A stretch of 64,000 nt of DNA from positions 9,031-73,030 of the forward strand of contig CACYSA010000005.1 of NCBI GenBank assembly GCA_902777015.1, read 5' to 3'. Within the stretch, counting starts at the first letter, position 1, and each line of letters starts with the position of its first letter. This DNA is from an uncultured Erysipelotrichaceae bacterium. Lineage in GTDB: Bacteria > Bacillota_I > Bacilli_A > RFN20 > CAG-826. Positions 17,947 to 28,127 of this stretch are shown here, piece by piece. The notes under the pieces are model-generated. The model worked only from the letters and a program-made list of their open reading frames with translations, was not told the DNA's origin and searched no databases. A program made the translations under genes and the position numbers.

Positions 17947-19587
17947 ATGACAATTGGCGAGAAAATCGTTCACTTGAGAATTGTTAACAACATCTCACAA
18001 GAAGAATTATCTAAGATCTTAAAGGTCTCAAGACAATCATTATCTAAATGGGAAAATGGTGACACATTACCTCCATTAGATAAAACTAAAGAATTATGTC
18101 AAATCTTTAAAGTCAGTGCGGATGAATTGATTGACGATAACATTGTTATTCATAAAGGTAAGAAAATTGAATTACCTGATGAAAACATTAAAACCAAATA
18201 TTTTGGTACAGATGGCTTTAGAGGAGAAGCTAATGAATTACTTAACTCCGATAGAGCATATAAAATTGGTAGATTCTTAGGCTGGTTCTATTCCAATCCT
18301 AAATACAATATGCAAAAACCAGGCTATAGACCAAGAATCGTTATTGGTAAAGATACAAGAAGATCTTCCTATATGCTTGAATATAGTGTGGCCGCTGGTG
18401 CGGCATCAAGTGGTGCGGACGTGGAATTATTACACGTTACAACCACTCCATCAGTTTCTTATATCGTTAGACAAGACTGCTTTGACTGTGGTGTTATGAT
18501 CACAGCGTCACACAACCCATTCTATGATAATGGTATTAAAGTCATTAACGGTAATGGTGAAAAATTAGAAGATGGTGTTGCCTATTTAGCGGAAGCTTAT
18601 TTAGATGGTGATTTCAAAACACTTGGTTTAGAAGGCGAAACAGATTTACCTTTTGCTAAACGTGGTGATATTGGCACAATTAACGACTACTCTTCTGGTA
18701 GAAATAGATATATCGGTTATTTAATCTCTTTAGCGAAACATTCAATGAAGAAATTAAGAATCGGTTTAGATACCGCTAACGGTGCTTCTTGGATGATTGC
18801 GAAATCAGTCTTTGAAGCCTTAGGCGCACAAGTGTTTATTACCAATAACCATCCAGATGGTTTAAATATTAACTTTAATGCTGGTAGTACACACATTGAA
18901 AACTTCTGTAAATACGTTAAAGAAAATAAATTAGATTTAGGCTTTGCCTTTGACGGTGACGCTGATAGATGTATCGCTGTTGATGAAAATGGTAAAGAAG
19001 TTGATGGCGATAAGATTATGTACTTATTAGCCTGCAAACTCCAAAGCGAAGGTTCTTTAGAAAAGAATACTGTTGTGGCCACAATTATGTCCAACAGTGG
19101 TCTTGAAAAAGCCTTAAAAGGCATCGGCTGCAGATTAGAAAGAACCAAAGTTGGTGATAGATTCGTCTTTGAAAGAATGATGAACGAAGGCTATTCATTA
19201 GGTGGTGAACAATCTGGCCATATCATTATTAGAAAATACGCAACCACTGGTGATGGTGTTTTAACTGCCATCATGGTCACAGAAGAAATTCTTGAAAGAA
19301 AAGAAACATTATCTAAGTTAGTGGCCCCAGTTAAATTATTACCACAAAAGACAAAGAACGTCAGAGTCACTGATAAGAACGCCACTGTCGAAGATGAAGT
19401 TGTTAAAGCTAAATTCGAAGAAGTGAATAAAGAGATTGGTGATAATGGTAGAGCGTTATTAAGACAATCTGGTACTGAACCAGTTATTCGTATCATGGTC
19501 GAACATGGTTCTTTAGCGGAATGTGATAAATATATCGACGCTATCTATAGTGTCATCAAAAAGAGAGGATATGTCATCGATGAATAA
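17947..19587 (+). CDS. glmM: Phosphoglucosamine mutase with N-terminal XRE HTH fusion
   Basis: AAGGAG RBS. First ~65 aa XRE (SQEELSKILKVSRQSLSKWENG), then KYFGTDGFRG, GKDTRRS, ITASHNP, FDGDADR, GGEQSGH, RQSGTEPVIRIMVE. Confidence 0.92.
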   Translation: MTIGEKIVHLRIVNNISQEELSKILKVSRQSLSKWENGDTLPPLDKTKELCQIFKVSADELIDDNIVIHKGKKIELPDENIKTKYFGTDGFRGEANELLNSDRAYKIGRFLGWFYSNPKYNMQKPGYRPRIVIGKDTRRSSYMLEYSVAAGAASSGADVELLHVTTTPSVSYIVRQDCFDCGVMITASHNPFYDNGIKVINGNGEKLEDGVAYLAEAYLDGDFKTLGLEGETDLPFAKRGDIGTINDYSSGRNRYIGYLISLAKHSMKKLRIGLDTANGASWMIAKSVFEALGAQVFITNNHPDGLNINFNAGSTHIENFCKYVKENKLDLGFAFDGDADRCIAVDENGKEVDGDKIMYLLACKLQSEGSLEKNTVVATIMSNSGLEKALKGIGCRLERTKVGDRFVFERMMNEGYSLGGEQSGHIIIRKYATTGDGVLTAIMVTEEILERKETLSKLVAPVKLLPQKTKNVRVTDKNATVEDEVVKAKFEEVNKEIGDNGRALLRQSGTEPVIRIMVEHGSLAECDKYIDAIYSVIKKRGYVIDE

Positions 19588-20251
19588 GAAAGTTGTTTTA
19601 ACTAGCGAATTATTCGACTGTGGTATTCCATATTTAAGAGAATATTTCGAAGCCGCTAAATATCCTTGGGAATTACTTCCACAAATTAAAGAGATCATTA
19701 AGAAAGTTTTAGAAAATGGTCTTCCAGGATATACCTTACTTAAAGAAGGTGTCCTCGTCGGTGAAAATGTTACCATTTCTCCTACCGCCACAATTATTCC
19801 TCCAGCCATTATCGGTAGTAATACTGAAATTAGACCAGGAGCCTATATTAGAGGTAACCTCATCTGTGGTGATAACTGTGTATTAGGTAATTCATGCGAA
19901 TTCAAAAACGCTATTATTTTATATCACGTTCAAGTGCCACATTATTCCTATGTTGGTGATTCAATCTTAGGTAACTATGCTCATATGGGTGCGGGTTCTA
20001 TCTGCTCTAATTTAAAGAGTGATGGTAAGAATATTGTTATCCACGGTGAAGAAGAATATGAAACTGGCTTAAGAAAGATCGGTGCAATCTTAGGCGATTA
20101 TGCTGATATTGGTTGCCAATCCGTCTTAAATCCAGGTACAGTCATTGGACCACATTCTCAAGTTTATCCATTAAGCATGGTGAGAGGTGTTGTCCCAGAA
20201 AATAGCATTTATAAAGCAAAAGATAATATTGTTGTCAAAGAAAAGAGGTAA
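19580..20251 (+). CDS. Stand-alone left-handed beta-helix acetyltransferase, GlmU C-terminal-like (glucosamine-1-phosphate N-acetyltransferase candidate)
   Basis: Hexapeptide repeats; HYSYVGDSILG, RKIGAILGD, NPGTVIG; directly follows glmM. No nucleotidyltransferase domain. Confidence 0.75.
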   Translation: MNKKVVLTSELFDCGIPYLREYFEAAKYPWELLPQIKEIIKKVLENGLPGYTLLKEGVLVGENVTISPTATIIPPAIIGSNTEIRPGAYIRGNLICGDNCVLGNSCEFKNAIILYHVQVPHYSYVGDSILGNYAHMGAGSICSNLKSDGKNIVIHGEEEYETGLRKIGAILGDYADIGCQSVLNPGTVIGPHSQVYPLSMVRGVVPENSIYKAKDNIVVKEKR

Positions 20252-20257
20252 ACAAAA

Positions 20258-20980
20258 ATGAAAGTTGTCGTTGGCACAAATGAAGAAATCAGCAAATTAA
20301 TCGCTGAAGAATTTATCAAACAAGTTCAAAAGAAACCAAACAGTGTCTTAGGTTTAGCCACAGGTACATCCCCAATCGAAGTGTACGCTAACATGATTAA
20401 GGCTAATAAAGAAGGTAGAGTGTCATTTAAAGATGTCGCTACATTCAACCTTGATGAATACATTGGTTTAGAAGGTACACACGATCAATCATATCGTTAC
20501 TTCATGAATAAATATTTATTCGATGGTTTGGATATCGATAAAGCTCGCACACACGTTTTAAAAGGTGTTGGTGACTATTTAGCTTACGCTAATCAATACG
20601 ACGCTGAAATCGCTTCTTTCGGTGGCATTGATCTTCAAATCTTAGGTATCGGTAGTGATGGTCATATCGCCTTCAACGAACCAGGCACACCATTTGATTC
20701 TTTAACTCACGTCGCGGAATTAACAGAACAAACAATTAGAGATAATTCCAGATTATTCAATGATATCTCTGAAGTTCCTACAAAAGCCGTTACCATGGGC
20801 TTAAAGAGCATTATGAACGCTAGAAAGATTGTCTTAATCGCTACAGGTAAAAACAAAGCTCAAGCTATTTATAACTTATTAAAAGGTCCAAAGACTGAAG
20901 AAGTTCCTTGCTCCATCCTTCAAGACCACCCAGATTGCACAATCTATGTCGATGAAGATGCTTATAGCTTAGTTAAATAA
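20258..20980 (+). CDS. nagB: Glucosamine-6-phosphate deaminase
   Basis: LGLATGTSP, TFNLDEY, LGIGSDGHIAFNEPG, AVTMGL, PCSILQDHP. Confidence 0.95.
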   Translation: MKVVVGTNEEISKLIAEEFIKQVQKKPNSVLGLATGTSPIEVYANMIKANKEGRVSFKDVATFNLDEYIGLEGTHDQSYRYFMNKYLFDGLDIDKARTHVLKGVGDYLAYANQYDAEIASFGGIDLQILGIGSDGHIAFNEPGTPFDSLTHVAELTEQTIRDNSRLFNDISEVPTKAVTMGLKSIMNARKIVLIATGKNKAQAIYNLLKGPKTEEVPCSILQDHPDCTIYVDEDAYSLVK

Positions 20981-21673
20981 TTAGATCTTTATAAAATTGT
21001 TGCACTTAGTGCATTTCAAACCATTAGGCGCAATAGAGAGTATGCCTCCACATTGGGGGCATATTTTCTTTTCGATAGCTTGACGCAATTCTTTTTGATA
21101 ATCTCTTCTATCTTTCTTTATTTTTTCAATGCTTTGTAAATGAATCTCATCATTAACATATGCTTCGTTATCTAAAAGAGTGTCATAGATATGTTCAATC
21201 GTGGTCCTACTTAAAGGATTATCAATAGTGATGAGATTGATTCTTTTTAAGATGTCTGATAGACCACAGACATTAAATAAATCTATCCCATCCGCATTAT
21301 TTTGAATAAAAACAACAAAACAGTAGATAGGGTAGTCTTTACCAATTACTCTTTTAATTATCCTGATATGTGATTGATTTTGTTTTAAAGGATTGTGAAA
21401 TGTTTCTGTTTTGATTTTACCTTTCACGAAGAATGTTTTTTTCCAATACGAATCATCTTCTAAACCAGTAATATTGCCATAATAGTTTTTAGTTTCAATA
21501 ACAAAAATGCCATTCTCTCTAATAAGAATATGATCGATTTGATGAGATACTTTATTTTCCCCTAGTAGAACTAAGTTATTTATTAAACGATGAAATGATT
21601 GGTCAGCGTCTAATGTGGACGCGGCCAATAATTCTCCTTGTTCTCCACGTTTTAGTTTATTCTGCTTCCCCAT
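20981..21673 (-). CDS. NERD-domain nuclease-related protein with C-terminal Zn ribbon
   Basis: RGEQGE, QIDHILIRENGIFVIETKNYYG, NPLKQNQSH; CPQC...CTKC. Confidence 0.85.
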   Translation of the reverse strand: MGKQNKLKRGEQGELLAASTLDADQSFHRLINNLVLLGENKVSHQIDHILIRENGIFVIETKNYYGNITGLEDDSYWKKTFFVKGKIKTETFHNPLKQNQSHIRIIKRVIGKDYPIYCFVVFIQNNADGIDLFNVCGLSDILKRINLITIDNPLSRTTIEHIYDTLLDNEAYVNDEIHLQSIEKIKKDRRDYQKELRQAIEKKICPQCGGILSIAPNGLKCTKCNNFIKI

Positions 21674-22088
21674 TAAGAATTGGTTTTAAGTATTTTAAAA
21701 CTGGTTCGTTTAATAATTCATTAAGTAAGAAACCAAATGTATCAATGGCTTCATTTTCATGATTTAAACCAACCGCAGCGTAATGTAATTCTAAATAGTC
21801 TCTATCTTTGATATTAGTGATGTACGCTCTAAACCAAGGATTGTTTTCATTAAATGCATTAATTAAATATAAGTTATCGTATGTGCTTTCAATAACATCG
21901 AATGTTAAGAATAAATGAATAGTGCCACTTTGATAGGCAACGAATCTGCAATATACAGAATTAATAAAATAATCTTTCGCTGTTATTTGGGTATGAAGAG
22001 TAATTTGATCAGCTTTTTCTTCATGAACTTGTAAACCAATCTTTTCTCCAAATTTTAGTAATTGTTCTTTTAAGTTTGTGAGATTCAT
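21657..22088 (-). CDS. Hypothetical protein, YbjN/type III chaperone-like fold possible
   Basis: 143 aa with GGAG RBS; LINAFNENNPWFRAYI resembles YbjN-family pattern. Confidence 0.5.
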   Translation of the reverse strand: MNLTNLKEQLLKFGEKIGLQVHEEKADQITLHTQITAKDYFINSVYCRFVAYQSGTIHLFLTFDVIESTYDNLYLINAFNENNPWFRAYITNIKDRDYLELHYAAVGLNHENEAIDTFGFLLNELLNEPVLKYLKPILNGEAE

Positions 22089-22169
22089 ATCTAGTGGCTC
22101 CTTATTAGGCCTAGTTATTATAGCATATTTACTTTGAATAACTTCACTAAGTGTGTAAAATAATGTGGT

Positions 22170-22886
22170 ATGAAATTAAGCATAGTTATTCCTTGCTATA
22201 ACGAAAGCAAGGATATAAAGAAAAATACATTAATGGTGCAAGAATATCTTCGTAACCTTAAAATCGATTACGAACTTATTTTAGTTAACGATGGTAGTAA
22301 AGATAAAACCAAACAAGTTATCGAATCTATCGAAGGTATTAAAGCGTTATCTTATGACACTAACCGTGGCAAAGGTGGGGCGGTTAAATATGGCATTGAA
22401 AATGCGACTGGTGACTATGTCTTATTCATGGACGCTGATTTATCCACTAATTTAGAAGCCATTGAAAAATTAATACCATTATTACCTCAATATGATGTTG
22501 TTATTGGTAGTAGACATGCTAAAGATAGTGTTATCAAAAAGAAACAACCAGCCTTAAGAGTGTTTATTGGTTGGTGTTGCCGTAAACTCGTTAATATGAA
22601 ATTCCATTTCAACTATAAGGATACTCAATGCGGCTTTAAAGCCATGAGAATTGATGTTGCTAAAAAGATTGTCTCTAAACAAGTAGTGAATAATTTTGCT
22701 TTTGATGTTGAATATCTATACATCGCTAAATTAAATAATTTATCAATCCATGAAATGGGTGTTATCTGGTCTGATGATAGAGGTAGCACTGTTTCACCAT
22801 TAAAATCATCCATTAAATTCTTTAAGGACTTATCATTTATCAAAAAACATAAGAAAGATTATTTATTCGATAATCAAGTTAAGTAA
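22170..22886 (+). CDS. GT2 glycosyltransferase (polyprenyl-phosphate glycosyltransferase, DPG-synthase-like)
   Basis: SIVIPCYNE, VNDGSKD, NRGKGGAV, FMDADLS, DTQCGFK, FAFDVE. Confidence 0.88.
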   Translation: MKLSIVIPCYNESKDIKKNTLMVQEYLRNLKIDYELILVNDGSKDKTKQVIESIEGIKALSYDTNRGKGGAVKYGIENATGDYVLFMDADLSTNLEAIEKLIPLLPQYDVVIGSRHAKDSVIKKKQPALRVFIGWCCRKLVNMKFHFNYKDTQCGFKAMRIDVAKKIVSKQVVNNFAFDVEYLYIAKLNNLSIHEMGVIWSDDRGSTVSPLKSSIKFFKDLSFIKKHKKDYLFDNQVK

Positions 22887-23933
22887 TGTTTCTTCTTTTA
22901 AAAGATTAAGTAAATCATCCTCGTTATTAATGACGAGGTTTTTTGTTTTTTGGTAGTAATGATTAATCACTTTATCAGTAGTGGTTTTCGCATGTTTATA
23001 GGCATTTTCATCTAATCCCTCGAGTGTTTCTTCAATTAATGTAATCATGCATCTTCTAAGTAAAGCGATAAGTGAAGTTTCTAGCCAACAATTAATACCC
23101 GTATCAATTGCTTTTAATTTGATGAATAAATCTAGACCATCTTCTGGAGAATGCCATAAATCAGCGAAAGCATAGTCAAAACCTTTATTGTTTTTATAAT
23201 AATTAATTGCATCATCGTGGATGATTTTGATTTTGTTTTTAAATGGGAAAGAAGGGAACAATAATTTATTAAACAAATTAATAATATTTTGATCTTTTTC
23301 AACAATAGTGATGTGCTTTACTTCAGGCTTATTAGCCATCATAAATGGCACATAACCCATACCCAAACCCAACACTAAAACATTGCCTTTCGCATCTTTA
23401 ATAAAAGGTTCCATTGTTTCTATTTCATTAGGATTAAGTGACATCCAAATATTATTACCTTCACATAAGGCTAAATAAGAGAATGGTTCTTTAAAATAAC
23501 CAATGTTGCTATATTCTTTATAATCACTAGTAACTGTTATTTCATCATATGGAAAAGTTTGATAAGGTTCATATTTAATCATTCTTAAAGAATATGGACC
23601 ATATTTACCAGTAGCTTTAACTCTTTTAGTGTATTCATTGTTTTTATATTTATTAGCGTTCAAACATTTAAGACGTTTAGTGCAATATTCATTAATGACT
23701 TCATTAGTTTCCTGATCATCTCTATCTAAAGAATAAACATCATAAAAAGAATCAATCATCGCTTCTTGTTCTTTTAATCCTTGTTTTACTAATTCATTAA
23801 TCTTTGATTCATCAAAGAAATCAGTGTAGTTACAAGCATCGTTAAATAGATCCGCCGCCCAAATATTTTTTTGATTAGTGACGATAACTTTATCTATTTT
23901 CTCTTTGAGAAACTTATTAATATTTATTTTCAT
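22863..23933 (-). CDS. Class I SAM-dependent methyltransferase-like protein
   Basis: VLVLGLGMGY, ITIVEKD, IIHDDA, FDYAFADLW. Start set at ATG 23933. Confidence 0.65.
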   Translation of the reverse strand: MKININKFLKEKIDKVIVTNQKNIWAADLFNDACNYTDFFDESKINELVKQGLKEQEAMIDSFYDVYSLDRDDQETNEVINEYCTKRLKCLNANKYKNNEYTKRVKATGKYGPYSLRMIKYEPYQTFPYDEITVTSDYKEYSNIGYFKEPFSYLALCEGNNIWMSLNPNEIETMEPFIKDAKGNVLVLGLGMGYVPFMMANKPEVKHITIVEKDQNIINLFNKLLFPSFPFKNKIKIIHDDAINYYKNNKGFDYAFADLWHSPEDGLDLFIKLKAIDTGINCWLETSLIALLRRCMITLIEETLEGLDENAYKHAKTTTDKVINHYYQKTKNLVINNEDDLLNLLKEETLLNLIIE

Positions 23934-24024
23934 ACAACTATAATACATCACAAATGACACTTTTTAATGAAATAAATATTTTTATAAGTATAATAGGTGT
24001 ATCCCTATTAGAGGTCTCCCTACC

Positions 24025-25695
24025 ATGAAAAAGTTTTTTAGAGGTTTATTAATTACCCTTGTTGTTCTTATAATTCTTCCAATCGCTTTAGCCTTTATTT
24101 TCCTATTTGATACTGGAAAAATGAAAGTCGCTTATGATGACAATTTTACAGTGGAAAATTGGTCTAAGAGCTTAGTGGTTGATTCATTAGATAACGCTCC
24201 AACGAATGCAAAAGCAAAATTTGTTTTAACGGAAAATGATTTAAATAACTTTATCCATTCACAAGTTAAGAATAATACCCAATTACAAAAATATCTCACC
24301 CAATTAGCGGTGGACATTAAGAATGATTCTTATGTTTTAAATATTTCTGGAAAAGCATTCTTCTTTGAAACAAGAGCAAAGCTCACTGCGAAATTATCTA
24401 AAGAAGTTGTCGTTTCTGATGAAGGCGAAAAAGAAGCATTTGTCTTATCAGTGGATAAGATGCAATTAGGTAGACTTTCACAGTTAAAGCCAATCATCAT
24501 GTTCTTCTTAAATACTTTTGTTAATAATGAAACAATTGACGCTTTAACTTCTTCAATTAAGTTACATACAGATTTAGCCAATTCTCGTTTATTCTTATAT
24601 GTTTCTGATTTTAGAGACATGATTAATAAAAATGTCACTGGTGGATCAGGCACATCTGAATTCTATTTCTCATTTATTAATGATTTCTTTGATATGAATT
24701 TAGTGAGCATCGATTTCTATTCTGATGATGCATTAACAATTAACGTTAACTTAGAACCATTAACCGGTAATGATTATGGTGCGGACGCTGGTGAATATGT
24801 TTATTACCCAATGAACTATGAAGGCACCACCACAAAATTAACAATTAACGGTCAAGAAAAGAAATTATCATTGAACACAATTAGAGATGCGATTGTTTCT
24901 TTATTAGATGACCGCATTATTGAAACTAAAGACATGAGTTTAGTCTCTAATTATCTATTTGAAGGCTATAAGATTAATAACGCTCCTGATGTCAATTTAT
25001 CTAGCATTGGTATTCCAGTTAAAGAAGCATATCAAGGTTTCAATCTCGTCAGTTCTGATTCCATTGACGATATGATGAAAAACGCCATTGCGACATTCTC
25101 TAGCTACACTCCAAGTTTAGATACGTTTGATATTGCGACATTAACTGAAAGCGAAATTAATTTGTTCTTAAAAACACAAAGTGCTTTAGGTCATAAATAT
25201 TTCCTCCAAAGAGCGGTAGCGGATAGCAAAAACAAAGTTAACTATATTGCTGTTGATAATGCTTATTTAAATATTTATGGTGATGACTTAGTTATCAGCG
25301 TTGGTTTAAACTTAAACGGCTTAGAAACATTCTTAACTATTAAGATGACTTTAGATAAAGTGGCGTCCACCGATAAATTAGTCTATAAAACATCAAAAGT
25401 ATATTTCGGTAAAGAAGATAAGAACTTAAATATCTCTAAAGAGACACAACAAGTTATCTTTGATACTTTATCTCAAGCAATGAATCAATCATCATTTAAA
25501 TTCAGTAATGATGGTACATTAACAATCTCTTTTGATGGCTTAATTAATACTGCGATTAATTCCATTGATACATCTAATCCAATCAGCGCTCAATATAAGA
25601 CATTCTTACAAAACAATGCTGATTTAAAAGTCGTTATCGAAGGTAATAACGTCACTGATAATTCATTAGTGAAGATTCAAGCTAAACGCCGCTAG
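24025..25695 (+). CDS. Membrane-anchored hypothetical protein with two internal repeats
   Basis: N-terminal TM; LTENDLNNFI and LTESEINLFL repeats reminiscent of YpmS/DUF2140-like domains. Confidence 0.6.
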   Translation: MKKFFRGLLITLVVLIILPIALAFIFLFDTGKMKVAYDDNFTVENWSKSLVVDSLDNAPTNAKAKFVLTENDLNNFIHSQVKNNTQLQKYLTQLAVDIKNDSYVLNISGKAFFFETRAKLTAKLSKEVVVSDEGEKEAFVLSVDKMQLGRLSQLKPIIMFFLNTFVNNETIDALTSSIKLHTDLANSRLFLYVSDFRDMINKNVTGGSGTSEFYFSFINDFFDMNLVSIDFYSDDALTINVNLEPLTGNDYGADAGEYVYYPMNYEGTTTKLTINGQEKKLSLNTIRDAIVSLLDDRIIETKDMSLVSNYLFEGYKINNAPDVNLSSIGIPVKEAYQGFNLVSSDSIDDMMKNAIATFSSYTPSLDTFDIATLTESEINLFLKTQSALGHKYFLQRAVADSKNKVNYIAVDNAYLNIYGDDLVISVGLNLNGLETFLTIKMTLDKVASTDKLVYKTSKVYFGKEDKNLNISKETQQVIFDTLSQAMNQSSFKFSNDGTLTISFDGLINTAINSIDTSNPISAQYKTFLQNNADLKVVIEGNNVTDNSLVKIQAKRR

Positions 25696-26135
25696 ATATT
25701 AGCAAAGATATCGTGAATACAGTCTGTGATTTCATCGCAGACTTTTTCATATCTGCCTGTATACCATGGATCTTCAATCTCATAGATACTTGGTGTGTAT
25801 TTATTAATGCGATAAATAATGTTTTTGTAATTATCTAATTGTCTTAATAATGAATAATAATTTTCATCATCCATGCAAAAGATATAGTCAGCCTTATCAT
25901 AATCACTTTGTCTAATACGAGTGGCAGCATGAGGATACATTTGCATACCTCTTCTATATAATTCTCTTTTCATTGGAGGATAGACATCATTACCGATTTC
26001 TTCACTTGATGTTGCTCTTATTAAGATATTAAATTCTTTATCACGTCCCTGCTCTTTTAAATATTGTTTAGCAATAAAAGCCGCAGCAGGACTACGGCAT
26101 ATAGAACCATGACAAACAAATATAATAGTTTTCAT
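25692..26135 (-). CDS. Low molecular weight protein-tyrosine phosphatase
   Basis: FVCHGSICRSP P-loop variant, FCMD, IEDPWYTG. Confidence 0.9.
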   Translation of the reverse strand: MKTIIFVCHGSICRSPAAAFIAKQYLKEQGRDKEFNILIRATSSEEIGNDVYPPMKRELYRRGMQMYPHAATRIRQSDYDKADYIFCMDDENYYSLLRQLDNYKNIIYRINKYTPSIYEIEDPWYTGRYEKVCDEITDCIHDIFANI

Positions 26136-28126
26136 TATTCTAATTCAACAGCGCCTGTATAAAGTTGATAATAGGCACCTTTTTCAGCGATTAAGCTTTC
26201 GTGATTACCTCTTTCGATAATCTCACCATGGTCAAGAACTAAAATATAATCAGCATTTTGAATAGTGGATAATCTATGAGCGATAACAAATGTTGTTCTA
26301 CCTTTCATTAATTGATCCATACCTTTTTGCACTAAGCGTTCGGTTCTAGTATCAATAGAAGATGTCGCTTCATCAAGAATCATAACAGGAGCATCTGCGA
26401 TTGCCGCTCTAGCGATAGAAATCAATTGTCTTTGACCTTGTGATAAGTTATCACCGTTTGCAGATAACATAGTGTTAAAGCCTTGTGGTAATCTCATGAT
26501 GAAATCATAAGCATTAGCAATCTTTGCCGCTTGATAGACTTCTTCATCAGTGGCGTCAAGTCGACCATATCTAATATTGTCCATGACAGTACCAGTAAAT
26601 AAGTTTACATCCTGTAAAATAACGCCTAAAGAGTGACGTAAGTCGTCTTTTTTAATCTTATTAATATTTATGCCATCATAACGGATTTTGCCGTCCGCAA
26701 TGTCATAAAATCTATTAATTAAATTAGTAATAGTGGTTTTACCAGCGCCTGTCGCGCCCACTAAAGCGATTTGTTGACCTGGGTGAGCGTAAACAGAAAC
26801 GTTTTTAAGGACTGTTTTCTTACCATCATAACTGAAATCAATATCATCAATGACAATATCACCTTTTAATTCGGTATATGTAATCGTACCATCCGCTTTA
26901 TGAGGATGTTTCCAAGCATAATATCTAGTTCTTTCACTTGTCTCTTCAAATGTTCCATCATCATGGTATTTGATATTAACTAATGTAACGTAACCATCAT
27001 CTGCTTCTTTTGTTTCGTCTAATAGATCAAAACATCTAGATGCACCAGCGGTACCCATGACAACGAATGTCACTTGTTGAGAGAAGTTACCGATGTTTTG
27101 AGTAAACATTCTAGATAACATTAAGAAAGGCACTAATAATTGAGAATAGAATGTTGAGGCATTAACTTCCGCTAAACCGGTTAATGATAAGTTAAATGTA
27201 TTAGGAGTGATATAAAGAATACAACCTAAAATAGCGATAAAGACATAGATGAAGTTACCGATATTGCCGTTAATTGGCATCATGATATTGCCGTGTATAT
27301 TAGCGACGGTGGCGTTCTTATACAATTCATCATTAACTTTATCAAAATCATCTAAACTATCTTCTTCATGAGTGAATACTTTAATGACTTTTAAGCCAGT
27401 AATACTTTCTTCAATATTACCTTCAACTTTACCAACACTAATTTGTTGGGCAACGAAATAACGTGAAGCACGTCCACCAATTATCTTGGTATTAAGTATC
27501 ATGGCAATAGTGCCTAAGATAACCACTAATGTCATCCAAATAGAGAAGAACATCATCACTGTTAAGCAACCAACAGCGGTTAATAATGTAGTAACGATAT
27601 TTGGTAATGATTGAGAGATTAATTGTCTAATTGTATCAATATCGTTAGTGTATAAAGACATGATCGCACCATTTTGGTGTGTATCAAAATATTTGATTGG
27701 TAATTTTTGCATGTGGGAGAACATCTTGTTACGGAAGAGATTTAAATACTTTTGAGTAACAATCGCCATTGTTCTATTCCATGTCCAAGAACAAATCACA
27801 CCAACAGCGTAAATGCTTGCTAAAGCAATAACTAAAACAGTCAAATTAGCGTTAAAACTAATAGCCCCGAATAATGACACTTCAAACGAACCAGTTAATA
27901 GGCTTACTTCTTGAGTGGCGTCTAACTTTTGAGGGATAGCTTTAGTTAATAAATCAGTAATTAAGCTAGCGAAAATAGAACCACTTAAATTAACAAGAAT
28001 GGAAAGGGTGAGAGTAACTAAAGAAAGAATAAGTTCAAATTTAAAATTCTTCCAAAGCGATTTGATTAAACGTCCAACTGTGCCTTTTTTAGGCTTGGCG
28101 TAACTTCTAATACGTGGCGCTGGCAT
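26135..28126 (-). CDS. ABC exporter, fused permease/ATPase (heterodimer subunit, consensus)
   Basis: TMD; GATGAGKTT, LSQGQRQ, ILDEATS, IAHRLST. Start set at ATG 28126 after GGAGG. Confidence 0.92.
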   Translation of the reverse strand: MPAPRIRSYAKPKKGTVGRLIKSLWKNFKFELILSLVTLTLSILVNLSGSIFASLITDLLTKAIPQKLDATQEVSLLTGSFEVSLFGAISFNANLTVLVIALASIYAVGVICSWTWNRTMAIVTQKYLNLFRNKMFSHMQKLPIKYFDTHQNGAIMSLYTNDIDTIRQLISQSLPNIVTTLLTAVGCLTVMMFFSIWMTLVVILGTIAMILNTKIIGGRASRYFVAQQISVGKVEGNIEESITGLKVIKVFTHEEDSLDDFDKVNDELYKNATVANIHGNIMMPINGNIGNFIYVFIAILGCILYITPNTFNLSLTGLAEVNASTFYSQLLVPFLMLSRMFTQNIGNFSQQVTFVVMGTAGASRCFDLLDETKEADDGYVTLVNIKYHDDGTFEETSERTRYYAWKHPHKADGTITYTELKGDIVIDDIDFSYDGKKTVLKNVSVYAHPGQQIALVGATGAGKTTITNLINRFYDIADGKIRYDGININKIKKDDLRHSLGVILQDVNLFTGTVMDNIRYGRLDATDEEVYQAAKIANAYDFIMRLPQGFNTMLSANGDNLSQGQRQLISIARAAIADAPVMILDEATSSIDTRTERLVQKGMDQLMKGRTTFVIAHRLSTIQNADYILVLDHGEIIERGNHESLIAEKGAYYQLYTGAVELE

Positions 28127-28127
28127 A

